A DNA stretch of 64,000 bases from Gammaproteobacteria bacterium. GTDB lineage: Bacteria > Pseudomonadota > Gammaproteobacteria > Steroidobacterales > Foliamicaceae. Below, piece by piece: positions 18,018 to 27,675 of this stretch. The stretch lies in the NCBI GenBank assembly GCA_026708965.1, contig JAPOTY010000020.1:4017-68016 (forward strand). Reading direction: 5' to 3'. Within the stretch, counting starts at the first letter, position 1. Each line of letters opens with the position of its first letter. The position numbers and the translations under genes are program-made. The notes beneath the pieces were generated by a model. It was not told the DNA's origin. It did no database searches and saw only the letters and a program-made list of their open reading frames with translations.

Positions 18018-18850
18018 TGCGGTCCCTCCCCACGCATCCACCAACGGATCCGCGAGGCGTCTATCGCAACCTGCTTGGCGCGCTCGCCGCAGTCGATGTC
18101 GAGGCTGGCAAACACCTGCTCGGCCACCGGTCCAACGGGAATACGCAATGGATCCGGGGGATTATCGACCGCCGATGCGATGATCCGGGCCGCGTTTCCG
18201 GGCGGTTCGCCCGCTTTCCCATGCTCCGCGAGCGCCCGGTGCAACGGTTCGTAAGCCTCGCTGTCGCGGCTGGAAGCAGCCATCCGCAAGGTGCTTTTAT
18301 TGCGACGAAGCATGTCGGTGTCATAGGGTCCGGCATCCAGCAGGGTAACGCGAACGCCGAAACGCTGCACCTCCAAGGCGAGAGACTCGGACATTCCCTC
18401 CAACGCGAATTTGCTGGCGGCGTACTGGCCGTCGGCGGGCAGCCCCACCAATCCGGATAGAGACGACACCATCAGGATATGCCCTGAACCGCGCCCGCGC
18501 ATGCAAGGAAGAACCGCGCGCGACAATCGCCAGGCACCCAGCAGGTTCACTTCCAGCAGTTCGCGAAAACGCCTCTCGCTAGCGGTTTCCAGCGCGCCGA
18601 AGGCATGCAATCCGGCGTTGTTGATGAGAATGTCAATGCCGTCGGCTTCGCGCCGCGCCAATTCCACTGCACGCTCAACGGACGATTGCGAGGTCACATC
18701 GAGCAATACTTCGGCAAGCCCGGGCTCCTCGCGCAGAATGCCGGCCTTGCGGACGCCGGCAAATACCGTGTAGCCGCGCTCGGCAAGCTCACGCGCCGTG
18801 GCCAGGCCTAGGCCGCGCGACGCTCCGCTGATCAATACGCTTCTCTGCAC
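18014..18850 (-). CDS. short-chain dehydrogenase/reductase (SDR)
   Basis: VLISGASRGLGLA (cofactor-binding motif), NNAG and YAASKFA (catalytic YxxxK). Confidence 0.85.
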   Translation of the reverse strand: MQRSVLISGASRGLGLATARELAERGYTVFAGVRKAGILREEPGLAEVLLDVTSQSSVERAVELARREADGIDILINNAGLHAFGALETASERRFRELLEVNLLGAWRLSRAVLPCMRGRGSGHILMVSSLSGLVGLPADGQYAASKFALEGMSESLALEVQRFGVRVTLLDAGPYDTDMLRRNKSTLRMAASSRDSEAYEPLHRALAEHGKAGEPPGNAARIIASAVDNPPDPLRIPVGPVAEQVFASLDIDCGERAKQVAIDASRIRWWMRGEGPQ

Positions 18851-18867
18851 CGGGAGAATATCCTAGG

Positions 18868-19764
18868 CTACGGCATGAGCATCAGCAGGTAGTGATCGGC
18901 AAGCAGCACTCCAAAAAGCGCGAACAGGTAAACGATCGAATATCCGAAGGTGGGCATGGCCAGCGAATCATCCTTGCGCCGGTACATGCGGTAGGCCCAC
19001 CAAAGGAACCGGCCGCCCAGTATCACCGCCCCGATCAGGTAGAGCAGGCCGCTCATGCCCGCCAGATACGGCAGCAGCCCGAACACAAACAGCAGCACTG
19101 TGTACAACAGAATATGCAGGCGGGTGAGCTCCACGCCGTGGGTGACCGGCAGCATGGGCATATCGACCTTTGCGTAGTCTTCCCGCCGATGAATGGCCAA
19201 AGCCCAGAAATGCGGCGGCGTCCACACGAAAACGATCGCGAACAGGATGGCCGCCCCGGGCTCGAACTGGCCGGTGACGGCAATCCATCCGAGCAGCGGC
19301 GGGGCCGCTCCGGAGGCGCCGCCGATCACGATATTCTGCGGCGTGGCGCGCTTTAGGAACATGGTGTAGATCACGGCGTAGCCCAGCATCGAAGCAAACG
19401 TGAGAATGGCGCACAAAAGGTTGGTGAAGGTCAGCAACAGCCATATCCCGGTTGTTCCAAGCAAGGCGGCGAACGCCATCGCTTGCGGCGTTTCGAGCTG
19501 TCCGCGCGGCAGCGGGCGGTTGCGGGTTCTGGCCATGACCGCGTCGATGCGTTGATCGACCACCTGGTTGAGCGCGGCGGCGGCGGCGGACACCAGCGCA
19601 ATCCCGATCGATCCGAAAATCAGAACCGTCCAAGGCGGAAACGGCTCCGCTGCCAGCAGCATGCCGGCCGTGGCCGTGAACGTGAGCAGCACCACCACCT
19701 TGGGCTTGGTGATTTCGAGGTAGTCGCGCCATCGACGGTGCGTTGTCAGGACTTCCGCATTCAT
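18868..19764 (-). CDS. ctaB: protoheme IX farnesyltransferase (heme O synthase)
   Basis: UbiA-type prenyltransferase block NQVVDQRIDAVMARTRNRPLP, nine or so TM segments, and a position adjacent to ctaA. Confidence 0.9.
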   Translation of the reverse strand: MNAEVLTTHRRWRDYLEITKPKVVVLLTFTATAGMLLAAEPFPPWTVLIFGSIGIALVSAAAAALNQVVDQRIDAVMARTRNRPLPRGQLETPQAMAFAALLGTTGIWLLLTFTNLLCAILTFASMLGYAVIYTMFLKRATPQNIVIGGASGAAPPLLGWIAVTGQFEPGAAILFAIVFVWTPPHFWALAIHRREDYAKVDMPMLPVTHGVELTRLHILLYTVLLFVFGLLPYLAGMSGLLYLIGAVILGGRFLWWAYRMYRRKDDSLAMPTFGYSIVYLFALFGVLLADHYLLMLMP

Positions 19765-19767
19765 GGT

Positions 19768-20763
19768 CTAGTTTTTGGCAGGCCGCAGCCCGTGGCCCAT
19801 CGTGATAAGCGCTAGGATCAGCAGAATGGCACAGGCATTATGCGCCAGCGCGCTGGACATGGGCAGGTAGAACCAAACATTGGCGATGCCAAGGCTCACT
19901 TGAGCAAGCGTTAGCGCGCCAACCGCCGCGCCGGCAATTCGCACCTTTTTTGCTGCGGCAAAACATGCGCTGCGCACCGCAAGCCAGCCCATATAGAGCA
20001 GAACCACCAGCGCTCCGAGCCGGTGCGCCATATGAATGGCCGTGCGCGCGGCATTGTCGAGCACGCCGTATTCATAGTTCACGCCCAGGCCACGCCACAT
20101 CACGAAAGCCTCGGCGAAGTCCATTTCCGGCCACCATTGCCGCTGGCAGGCGGGAAAATCGGGGCAGGCCAAAGCCGCGTAATTGGCGCTGGTCCAGCCG
20201 CCCAGCGACACCTGCACCACCACAAGGGCAAGACCTGCAAAAACCCAACGATGCAAGCGGCTGTCCTCGCCCCGCGCCCAACCTGCCGCAGCGGGCGTTT
20301 GCCGCAGGATCAGCCACCACAGCAACGCCAGCGTTCCGAATCCGCCTAAAAGATGCGCCATCACCACAACCGGCTTTAATTGCAAGGTGACCGTCCACAT
20401 CCCTAGCAGCCCCTGAAACAGCACCAGCGCCACCAGCGAAAGGGCCGTGGCCAGCGCGGCATCCGGCTCGCGCCGCTGCCGCCATGCCAGCGCGCCGATT
20501 GCGAGAATCAGCAGCCCCAGCGCCGCCGCCGCGTAGCGATGGATCATCTCTATCCAGGCTTTTGCAACGTCCACCGGTCGTTCGGGGAAGGCGGCGTTGG
20601 CCCGGGCGATTTCGCCGGCATCCTGCGGCACGTCGATCTGCCCGTAGCAGCCGGGCCAGTCGGGACAACCCAAGCCCGCATCGGAGAGGCGAACGAAAGC
20701 GCCCAGTACGATCACCACCAGGGCGAGGGGCGTGGCGAGCAGCGCGAGTTTGCGGAGGGTCAT
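19768..20763 (-). CDS. ctaA: heme A synthase (COX15/CtaA)
   Basis: ATG 20763 (MTLRKLALLA...) lies within ORF 19768..20793. The motif GLGCPDWPGCYG and conserved His-containing TM helices (MIHRYAA, MAHLLGG, HMAHRLGA) are present. Confidence 0.85.
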   Translation of the reverse strand: MTLRKLALLATPLALVVIVLGAFVRLSDAGLGCPDWPGCYGQIDVPQDAGEIARANAAFPERPVDVAKAWIEMIHRYAAAALGLLILAIGALAWRQRREPDAALATALSLVALVLFQGLLGMWTVTLQLKPVVVMAHLLGGFGTLALLWWLILRQTPAAAGWARGEDSRLHRWVFAGLALVVVQVSLGGWTSANYAALACPDFPACQRQWWPEMDFAEAFVMWRGLGVNYEYGVLDNAARTAIHMAHRLGALVVLLYMGWLAVRSACFAAAKKVRIAGAAVGALTLAQVSLGIANVWFYLPMSSALAHNACAILLILALITMGHGLRPAKN

Positions 20764-20821
20764 GCCCTTGCCTGGCACCGCCGCCCGCCACACAGCCGTA
20801 TCCCCATGACGTTAGCGCGGC

Positions 20822-23053
20822 CTACTTGAGCCGCAATTCGACCGACAGGCCGTAAGTTCGGGGCGGGCCATAGTGCGCCCAGCTGGCGCCGGCGAAACTG
20901 ATGCGCTGATCGGCGTAGAGCGCGTCGGCAATATTCTTGCCCCAAGCCGCGATCCGCCAGCTTTCGTCCGGCGAAGTCCATGCCAGCGAGGCGTTGGCAA
21001 CGCCGTAGGCCTTCTGCCGCGATGCATCGCGCTCGAAGCGCCCCGGGGCGTTATCGCTGTGATGCCAGCAATGGTGCTTCCAGCCGTAATCGACGCTGAG
21101 GTCCACGCTGCCGTTAGCGCCCAGCTCCAAGCTGTAGCCTGCCGCTAGGCCAACCGAATGCCGGGGTGAATGGGGAATCCGGTTGCCGCCGCGGCGGAGG
21201 TCGAATCCTTGGATGGTTCCCGCCACGAATTCGTCGAAACGAGCATCCAGGTAGCCGTAAGCCAGATTCAACAAAAAACGGCTGGCAGGAGCCCAGGCAA
21301 TATCCAGTTCGCCGCCGCTGATGCTGGCGCGCGCGGCATTCTTGACCCTGAGGCCGTCGAATACGCCGGAGGCCTCGTCGAACAGCAGGGTGACTCTTTG
21401 CAGATCGCGGAAATCGGTGGAGAACACCGCAACGTTCACTTGCAGCGATTGGTTCAGCCAGCGGCTCTTGATGCCCAGTTCGTAGTTGGTGGCGGTTTCC
21501 TCCCTGATCGGCCGGCCCGCCTCTGAACCGCGGCTGACCTTGCTGTCGAAGCCGCCGGACTTGAAGCCTTCGGACCCGCTCGCATAGGCCATCAAATCGA
21601 TTCCGTCAAAAGGGCGCCATTCCGCCACCACTCTGGGGGTTAGGGCATCAAAAGACGCTTCGGCGGCCACATCGTAATTCTCGAAGATGATCTGCAAGGG
21701 GATGCCGGGAACCGCGTCGTCGGTGAGCGTTCCGATGGTGCGGTTTTCCTTGTCGTCCCGCGTATAGCGAAGGCCTGCCCGCACCGTGAGCGCCGGGTTG
21801 ATCTCCCAGGATGCGTCGGCGAAGGCGGCCCAGCCGGATGTGTTCGACAGGCCCAGCCAGTCACCCCGGCTTCCGTTGAGCACCCCGTCCTGGTTCACCA
21901 CGATATCCTCGTATTCGAGCCGGTCCACTTTCTCGTCGATGTAATAAAGGCCGGCAACAGCGCTCCAGTTCAACGCTGGGTCGAAGGCGTAGCGAATCTC
22001 AAGGCTGAGCTGCCGCGCGTCCTCCTCCTGCCCGAATAAATCGTCGAATCCTTGGCCGGAGTCCAGCCCCCGGGCGCCGAACTGGTCGAGGGTTTCGGAA
22101 GCCACGTCTCGATAGGCCGCAATCACGGTGAGATCGCCCGCGCCCACAAACTGCTTCAGGCGGGCGGACAGCCCCCATTGCCGGGCATCGTAACCGATCG
22201 GCCGGCCATGCTCGGACACCCGCGGACGGCCGCTGGAGGCCGACGGCGGGAAGCGGTCCCAGCGGGTCACGCTGCGGCTCTGGCTGCCGTTGTCCTCGCG
22301 GCTATAGTCGGCGCTGAACAGCAGGTCCCGGTTCTCGCCGTGGGCCACTCGCATTTGCGCGCGCAAGGCCAGCAGGTCCTCGTCGTCGGATTCCGCGCCG
22401 CTGATGAGATCCATGCCGTAGCCGTCGCGGGTCTTGCGCAGCAGCGACACTTTCCCGCCCACGGCAGGCGCGAGCGGTCCGGACAGCAGCCCCTTCAGCT
22501 CCGCGGCCCCGTAGGCACCATAGCCGGCCAGGATCTTAGCCTCTGTGGCCTCAAGACTGGGCGCCTTGGTGGTCAGGCTTACGGCGCCGCCCACCACGTT
22601 CTTGCCGAATAGCACACCCTGCGGGCCGCGCAGCACCAACGCTTGCTCAAGGTCGAAGAGCTCGAAGAAATAGGAGGTGGACCGGGCGATATACACCTCG
22701 TCCACAAATAGGATGACCGAGTTCTCCAGCCCGCTGCGGGTGGCGCCGCTGTTGCCGATTCCGCGCACCGTCAGCTCTGAGCGGCTGCTGCTGAAGGTGG
22801 AGTAGGAAAGATTGGGGATGCGAAGCGCCAAGTCGCCGATCTTTTCCACTCGGCCCGCCTCCATCGCTTCCGCGTCCAGCGCGCTGATCGACAGCGGCAC
22901 GTCCTGGAGGTTTTCGCTGCGCTTTTGCGCCGTAACCACGATCTCCTCCAGGATCCCGTCGGCGCGTCCGGGCAGGCTCGCCGCTGCGCAAGCGATCAGA
23001 AGCGCGGTGCTGAGGAGTGAGGTGGCACGAACTGAAACGCGGCGGATCATCAC
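20822..23053 (-). CDS. TonB-dependent outer-membrane receptor
   Basis: 743-aa ORF with a signal peptide, the plug block EEIVVTAQKRSENLQDVPLSISA and LRGPQGVLFGKNVVGGAVSL, followed by a long barrel region. Confidence 0.9.
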   Translation of the reverse strand: MMIRRVSVRATSLLSTALLIACAAASLPGRADGILEEIVVTAQKRSENLQDVPLSISALDAEAMEAGRVEKIGDLALRIPNLSYSTFSSSRSELTVRGIGNSGATRSGLENSVILFVDEVYIARSTSYFFELFDLEQALVLRGPQGVLFGKNVVGGAVSLTTKAPSLEATEAKILAGYGAYGAAELKGLLSGPLAPAVGGKVSLLRKTRDGYGMDLISGAESDDEDLLALRAQMRVAHGENRDLLFSADYSREDNGSQSRSVTRWDRFPPSASSGRPRVSEHGRPIGYDARQWGLSARLKQFVGAGDLTVIAAYRDVASETLDQFGARGLDSGQGFDDLFGQEEDARQLSLEIRYAFDPALNWSAVAGLYYIDEKVDRLEYEDIVVNQDGVLNGSRGDWLGLSNTSGWAAFADASWEINPALTVRAGLRYTRDDKENRTIGTLTDDAVPGIPLQIIFENYDVAAEASFDALTPRVVAEWRPFDGIDLMAYASGSEGFKSGGFDSKVSRGSEAGRPIREETATNYELGIKSRWLNQSLQVNVAVFSTDFRDLQRVTLLFDEASGVFDGLRVKNAARASISGGELDIAWAPASRFLLNLAYGYLDARFDEFVAGTIQGFDLRRGGNRIPHSPRHSVGLAAGYSLELGANGSVDLSVDYGWKHHCWHHSDNAPGRFERDASRQKAYGVANASLAWTSPDESWRIAAWGKNIADALYADQRISFAGASWAHYGPPRTYGLSVELRLK

Positions 23054-23182
23054 AGCTGATATCTAGGCAAGCGTTGCTTGGGGGGCGTACTGTAACGCGC
23101 AGCGAGCGCAAGCGGGGCTATGCGCCTGCGCGGCCCGCCGCAGCGGCTTTCGCCAAGGGTTGCTAGCCTGCGGCGGCTCCCG

Positions 23183-24082
23183 CTAACCCGTGAACGACTT
23201 GAGCGCCTGTATCCGGGCCTCCAGCGGAGGGTGCGAAGCGAACATCTGCCGAATGCCTGAGCGCGCCGCAGGCGAAATGCCGAACGCAGCCATGGATTCC
23301 GGCATCGCCTGTCCGGTGCCGTAGCCGCGCTTGAGCGACTCCAAGGCGTTGATCATGGCGCCCCGCCCGGCCAGTCTGGCACCAGCCGCATCGGCGCGGA
23401 ACTCGCGCTTTCGCGAGTACCACATGACGATGGCGCTGGCCAGAATGCCGAACACGATCTGGGCAGCGATGGTTACTGCGAAGTAGCCGATGCCCGGTCC
23501 GCGTTCGTTGCGGAAAATCGCCCGATCGACCACATGGCCCACGATCCGGGAGAAGAAGATGACGAAAGTGTTCAGAATGCCTTGCAGCAGCGAAAGCGTG
23601 ACCATATCGCCGTTGGCGACATGGCCGATCTCGTGGCCCAGCACCGCCCGCACTTCATCGCGGCGCATGCTTTTGAGCAGTCCTTCGCTTACCGCCACCA
23701 AGGATTTGTTGCGGTTCGCGCCGGTGGCGAAAGCGTTAGGCTCTTGGGCCGGGAAAATGCCGATTTCAGGTGTGCCGATGCCCGCGCTGCGGGCCAGCTG
23801 CTGGGTGGTATCGACCAGCCATTTTTCCGTCTCGTTGGCCGGCGTTTCGATGATGCGAGTACGCGTGGCGCGTTTCGCCATCCACTTCGACAGGAACAGC
23901 GAAACGAAGGCGCCTCCGAAGCCGAAAATCGCGCTGAAGATGAACAGGCCCGTGTAGTTCAGCGCGTATCCGCCCGCCGCGTCCAGCACCATCCGGTCGA
24001 TGCCAAGTATGTTCAGCACCACGCCGGCGACCGCTAGGACCGCTAGGTTGGTCAGCATGAAAAGCGCGATACGAGTGAACAT
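23183..24082 (-). CDS. htpX: membrane zinc metalloprotease HtpX
   Basis: N-terminal TM helices, the [10 protein letters not shown] zinc motif and the C-terminal [11 protein letters not shown] block. Confidence 0.9.
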   Translation of the reverse strand: MFTRIALFMLTNLAVLAVAGVVLNILGIDRMVLDAAGGYALNYTGLFIFSAIFGFGGAFVSLFLSKWMAKRATRTRIIETPANETEKWLVDTTQQLARSAGIGTPEIGIFPAQEPNAFATGANRNKSLVAVSEGLLKSMRRDEVRAVLGHEIGHVANGDMVTLSLLQGILNTFVIFFSRIVGHVVDRAIFRNERGPGIGYFAVTIAAQIVFGILASAIVMWYSRKREFRADAAGARLAGRGAMINALESLKRGYGTGQAMPESMAAFGISPAARSGIRQMFASHPPLEARIQALKSFTG

Positions 24083-24172
24083 AGGCAGTGCTCCGCTGCG
24101 TCGGATTCAAGGATAGCAAGTATATGGGGACGGGCGCGCCGGATTCACAGGGCATGCCAAAGCTGGCGTCGC

Positions 24173-24769
24173 TTATTCTCCTTTCGTGGCTCCGGCAACG
24201 GATACGCGGCTAACGGCACTCTCCAATTCGCCAATACGGCACGGTTCAACCTGCTTGAGTTTCCGCAATGCCCCCAATCCGATCGACTTCTGGTGTTCGG
24301 GCAAGACGCTGGTGGGCACAACGTGGAAAACCCATTGCTTGGCATTTCTCTGATCGCACAATTCGGCCTTGACTTCTCCGTGCCATGCGAACACGTAGAT
24401 GCAGGCATGACGTCCGGGAATATCCACCCATTGGTTCCCTTCGGGGGTCCAATAGCCTTTGCGGGGTGCAATATCAAAGCGAGGGACTCGCTTTGGCGTT
24501 TTTGGCGGATCCCATGACTGCCTCGCTGCCGCCTGTTTCACTTCCAATCTCACGCCTGATTCGGACTCAAGGTCCCAAGCCGCCCAATCCCAGCCCTTTT
24601 GCCATGTAAGGCGCCATTGTTCCCCGAGCGCCCACGCAATCAAGCACTCCGCAAAATGAGCACGATACGTGTTATTCATGACCCGCTTGTCATAGGGCCC
24701 CAAGATCAGTTCACGGATATCTGCCTTCAACATACGAGTTCGCCCAGACGAAGTAGCCGATGGCGTCAT
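24173..24769 (-). CDS. PD-(D/E)XK-like nuclease-fold candidate, last gene of the vsr-dcm-R operon
   Basis: 198-aa ORF that starts 6 nt after the NotI-like gene's stop. Its N-terminal half shows the ordered elements HFAECLIA (helix Glu), AAWDLES (Asp) and RLEVKQ (ExK). I did not recognise a named family. Confidence 0.4.
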   Translation of the reverse strand: MTPSATSSGRTRMLKADIRELILGPYDKRVMNNTYRAHFAECLIAWALGEQWRLTWQKGWDWAAWDLESESGVRLEVKQAAARQSWDPPKTPKRVPRFDIAPRKGYWTPEGNQWVDIPGRHACIYVFAWHGEVKAELCDQRNAKQWVFHVVPTSVLPEHQKSIGLGALRKLKQVEPCRIGELESAVSRVSVAGATKGE

Positions 24770-24775
24770 GTCCCC

Positions 24776-25771
24776 CTAATCGCCGGGGCTTGGATGAGGG
24801 ACAGTGAGGACGGCGCTTTCGTTTGAGGCCAGCTTTCGCTCCAATGATTCCAGCGCCGGCACATGCGGAGCGCCGAGTATCTCCATCCAGCAATGGCGAT
24901 CAGCCCCAGATGGCCGGATGGGACCCGAGTACAAGTCGAAGGCATCCTGAAGATCGGAGACCACCAGGTTCACTTCGCTTGCTTGCCAGTCCGGGGAACG
25001 CAGCCGGTCTAACGGCAACGCTGTTCGGGTGCGCATGTAGTCGGCTAGCAAATCCTGCACAATCCAAATGGTTTTCCCTCCCCATGCAAGCGCTGCCTCC
25101 GATTTGGCAATCAGTTGAGATGCCATCCGCGCCCATACCTGCCGAATATTCACACCCGGTGATTCCGGGGGTCCGTCTCTCAACTTGAAGGCCGCAAGCA
25201 CCGCTCGTCGGAATGCCATTTTCATGTCCGTTCCTTTGGCACGATTGCCGCCGGACGTGGAGCAGGTCATCACTTCAATGATGATCGGCGGCGATTGCGG
25301 AGATGTGCCGCGCACAACGTAGTCAAGCCGGTAGTCGAATGAGCTGCCCTTGGGGCCGCGCTCCTTGAGCGTAATTTCACTCCAGATTCTCACTTGCTCG
25401 CCCGGAAGGAATCCGGCAAGCATGAGCACCTTCGTTGCAAGTTTTCGATGGCGTCCGAAGGCATCGGCACCGCCAAAAGAAAACAGACGGCGAGGGCATA
25501 CAGCCCACATTTGCCCGGTAGCGGTAGATCTAACGGTGCATACTCCGCAGGGAAGAAAACCGCCCGTCTTGCCTCCAATCGAAGGATGCAGCAATGGCCC
25601 GAGGGTCTCATCGTTCGCGGGGATGCGCATCATGTCGCGATTGCCGCCGCCATCGCATATTCGCTGGCTGAACGGACACTGGGCGCGGCGCAGAGCGGAC
25701 CCCGGGTCACGCGCCTCGCGTTGCGCCTCCTGTTGCGCGTGGCCATAGAGTTCGCCCACTACATAAGGCAT
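24776..25771 (-). CDS. NotI-family type II restriction endonuclease
   Basis: CPFSQRIC...LPCGVCTV...WAVCPRRLF parallels the Cys4 metal-binding N-terminus of R.NotI (CPF...C...GVC.V...W.VCP.R) as I remember it. SSFDYRLDYVV and IIIEVMTCSTSGG parallel the NotI blocks FSFDWTLAEV and VLEIQTMDFHGS. The ORF overlaps the methyltransferase stop by 13 nt. Confidence 0.7.
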   Translation of the reverse strand: MPYVVGELYGHAQQEAQREARDPGSALRRAQCPFSQRICDGGGNRDMMRIPANDETLGPLLHPSIGGKTGGFLPCGVCTVRSTATGQMWAVCPRRLFSFGGADAFGRHRKLATKVLMLAGFLPGEQVRIWSEITLKERGPKGSSFDYRLDYVVRGTSPQSPPIIIEVMTCSTSGGNRAKGTDMKMAFRRAVLAAFKLRDGPPESPGVNIRQVWARMASQLIAKSEAALAWGGKTIWIVQDLLADYMRTRTALPLDRLRSPDWQASEVNLVVSDLQDAFDLYSGPIRPSGADRHCWMEILGAPHVPALESLERKLASNESAVLTVPHPSPGD

Positions 25772-26820
25772 AGCGAGTCACGCACACGGGCTGCCACGGC
25801 CTTGGCTAGCGGCGGCGGAACGGCGTTGGCCACCTGGCGGTGCTGATCGAGGTTCCGCACCTGCCCCGTGCGGCCTCGGATGGGCCCCATCAGCACGTGC
25901 CGATCCGGGAATCCTTGCAAGCGCGCCGACTCGCGCGGAGTCAGGTAGCGGTGCTGCACCGGATGATAGAACGGTTCTCCGCAGCGCACGGTGGGTGAAG
26001 GCTGCTGGCGGTCCAGTCGGCGAAATTTGGTGGTGTCCTTGCGCGTGAGGTTGCGCATGATCGAGGAAGGAACATTGGGCGACTTCGCGAGCCATTGGCC
26101 CTCCGAAACATAGCGGATGCGCTCGCGGTCGCGGTCGGGCGTTATGTCGATATGATTCGGCACTTCGGATTCCTGGCCCTTTGCGACAGGCTCGGGCAGG
26201 CCCGCTAGCGCTCTTCCAACCGTGTGGGGAATGCGCCCGCTGGGAAGCGGAAAATTAAATGGCTGCCCGCGAGGCACACATACGATGACTATGCGCTTGC
26301 GCAATTGCGCAACCTCGAAATCGCTGGCGTTCAGAATGTCGATATGGAGATCGTATCCAAGCGCATAAAAGCCCTCTTGCAGAGCGTTGATGATCGGTTC
26401 GCCGCCGGACGTAGCAGCGCGGGCGAAGTAGGGGACCTGCTCGATCATTACTGCCGACGGGCGCAGCTTCTCAGTGAACCGCACCATCTCGAACACCAGC
26501 GTCCCGCGAGGATCGCGGGTGCCTTTGCGATTGCCGATCTGGCTGAAGGGCTGGCAGGGAGGCCCTCCATGCAAAAGGGCTAAAGCGCCCTGCTCAAGTC
26601 CAAAAATTTCAAGCAGGCGGGCAGGATCCAATGCCCGCATATCCACTTGCCAAACCGTTTTGCGGCGCGCATTGCGCCGCAGCGTGGATACGCAGGGCGC
26701 ATCGAATTCGATGGAGCAGAGGGTTTTGAATCCCGCTTGATCGACACCGATGTCCATGCCGCCTGCGCCGGCAAACAGGCTGATCGACGGAAAACGATCC
26801 GATTTCCTTGGGCTATACAC
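25759..26820 (-). CDS. dcm: DNA (cytosine-5)-methyltransferase
   Basis: Motif I SLFAGAGGMDIG, motif IV GGPPCQPFS, RYLTPRESARLQGFPD and QVANAVPPPLA. Confidence 0.92.
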   Translation of the reverse strand: MYSPRKSDRFPSISLFAGAGGMDIGVDQAGFKTLCSIEFDAPCVSTLRRNARRKTVWQVDMRALDPARLLEIFGLEQGALALLHGGPPCQPFSQIGNRKGTRDPRGTLVFEMVRFTEKLRPSAVMIEQVPYFARAATSGGEPIINALQEGFYALGYDLHIDILNASDFEVAQLRKRIVIVCVPRGQPFNFPLPSGRIPHTVGRALAGLPEPVAKGQESEVPNHIDITPDRDRERIRYVSEGQWLAKSPNVPSSIMRNLTRKDTTKFRRLDRQQPSPTVRCGEPFYHPVQHRYLTPRESARLQGFPDRHVLMGPIRGRTGQVRNLDQHRQVANAVPPPLAKAVAARVRDSLCLM

Positions 26821-27009
26821 CGCTGCACTCCATGTCTTGCTTCGGAATCATCGAAAATCTGATTATAGCTAGGCGGCGTATTGTGCAAGGAAGCAGGGCG
26901 CGGTTATGCAGCGGGGACTAAGGAGTGATCCCTTCAGGGGTGCGAGAGCTTGGCCTGCTGGTAGTGGGTGCCGATAGCGGCGGCAACCGTGGCATGATGC
27001 GCATCCTCG

Positions 27010-27438
27010 CTAACGCGGCGGGCGCGAGGAGAGGAAGGTTTCGAGGCGGGCGCTTAAGGCGGCGGTGTCCTTGAGCTGGCATTCCCATACCACGAGCACC
27101 TCCCAGCCGAGTTCGCGCAGTGCGGAATAGTTTTCCGCATCGCGCACCATGTTCCGGTCTAGCTTGGCGTTCCAGTAGTCTTGGTTCGATTTGGGGCGGC
27201 GGTTGGCAGGGCAGTCCGGATCGTCGTGCTGGTGCCAGAAGCAGCCATGCACCATGATGATTTTGCCCAGCCGCGGAAAGGTCATGTCCGGGCGTCCGGG
27301 CAGGTCCTTGCGGTGCAGGCGGTAGCGGTAGCCCATCGCATGCACCATCCGCCGCACCCGCATCTCGGGCTTGGTGTCCTTGCCGCGGATGCGCGACATG
27401 ATTTCGCTGCGCCGCTCGGCGCTTACGGTGTCAATCAT
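27010..27438 (-). CDS. vsr: very-short-patch repair endonuclease
   Basis: ATG 27438 (MIDTVSAERRSEIMSRIRGKDTKPEM...) lies within the longer ORF 27010..27837. GRPDMTFP, HGCFWHQH and VVWECQL match E. coli Vsr blocks. Confidence 0.88.
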   Translation of the reverse strand: MIDTVSAERRSEIMSRIRGKDTKPEMRVRRMVHAMGYRYRLHRKDLPGRPDMTFPRLGKIIMVHGCFWHQHDDPDCPANRRPKSNQDYWNAKLDRNMVRDAENYSALRELGWEVLVVWECQLKDTAALSARLETFLSSRPPR

Positions 27439-27675
27439 TTTTCCGCGGCGCCATTTCCCGCCACCAGCGTTGGTCCAGTGCAAATATAAAGGCTGCGCCC
27501 GGAAAACCCCCGCAACGGACTTGGCGCAGGCAAGGCGGCGGATGCCCTCGTTCAGGCTCATGTCGCGCTGAACAAGGCGCCAACTGCACGGGTGCAGACA
27601 CATGCGGGACTGGTGCCGACGCCACCGAGGGGCGGTTGCGGCGTGGCTGGCGCGCCGCCTACACTTGCCGCTGTG

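Noticed and set aside
23054-23182. Riboswitch or Fur box upstream of the TonB-dependent receptors. I also checked 4974-5205.
   Set aside because: I could not find a B12-box, a TPP-type conserved core or a GATAATGATAATCATTATC-like Fur site by eye. An Rfam scan would be needed to exclude them.
24083-27675. Calling the R-M islets bona fide genomic islands or mobile elements. I also considered 2046-5205 and 33040-34509.
   Set aside because: I found no integrase, tRNA, flanking direct repeats or terminal inverted repeats at their borders. Only the composition shift and the gene content suggest acquisition.
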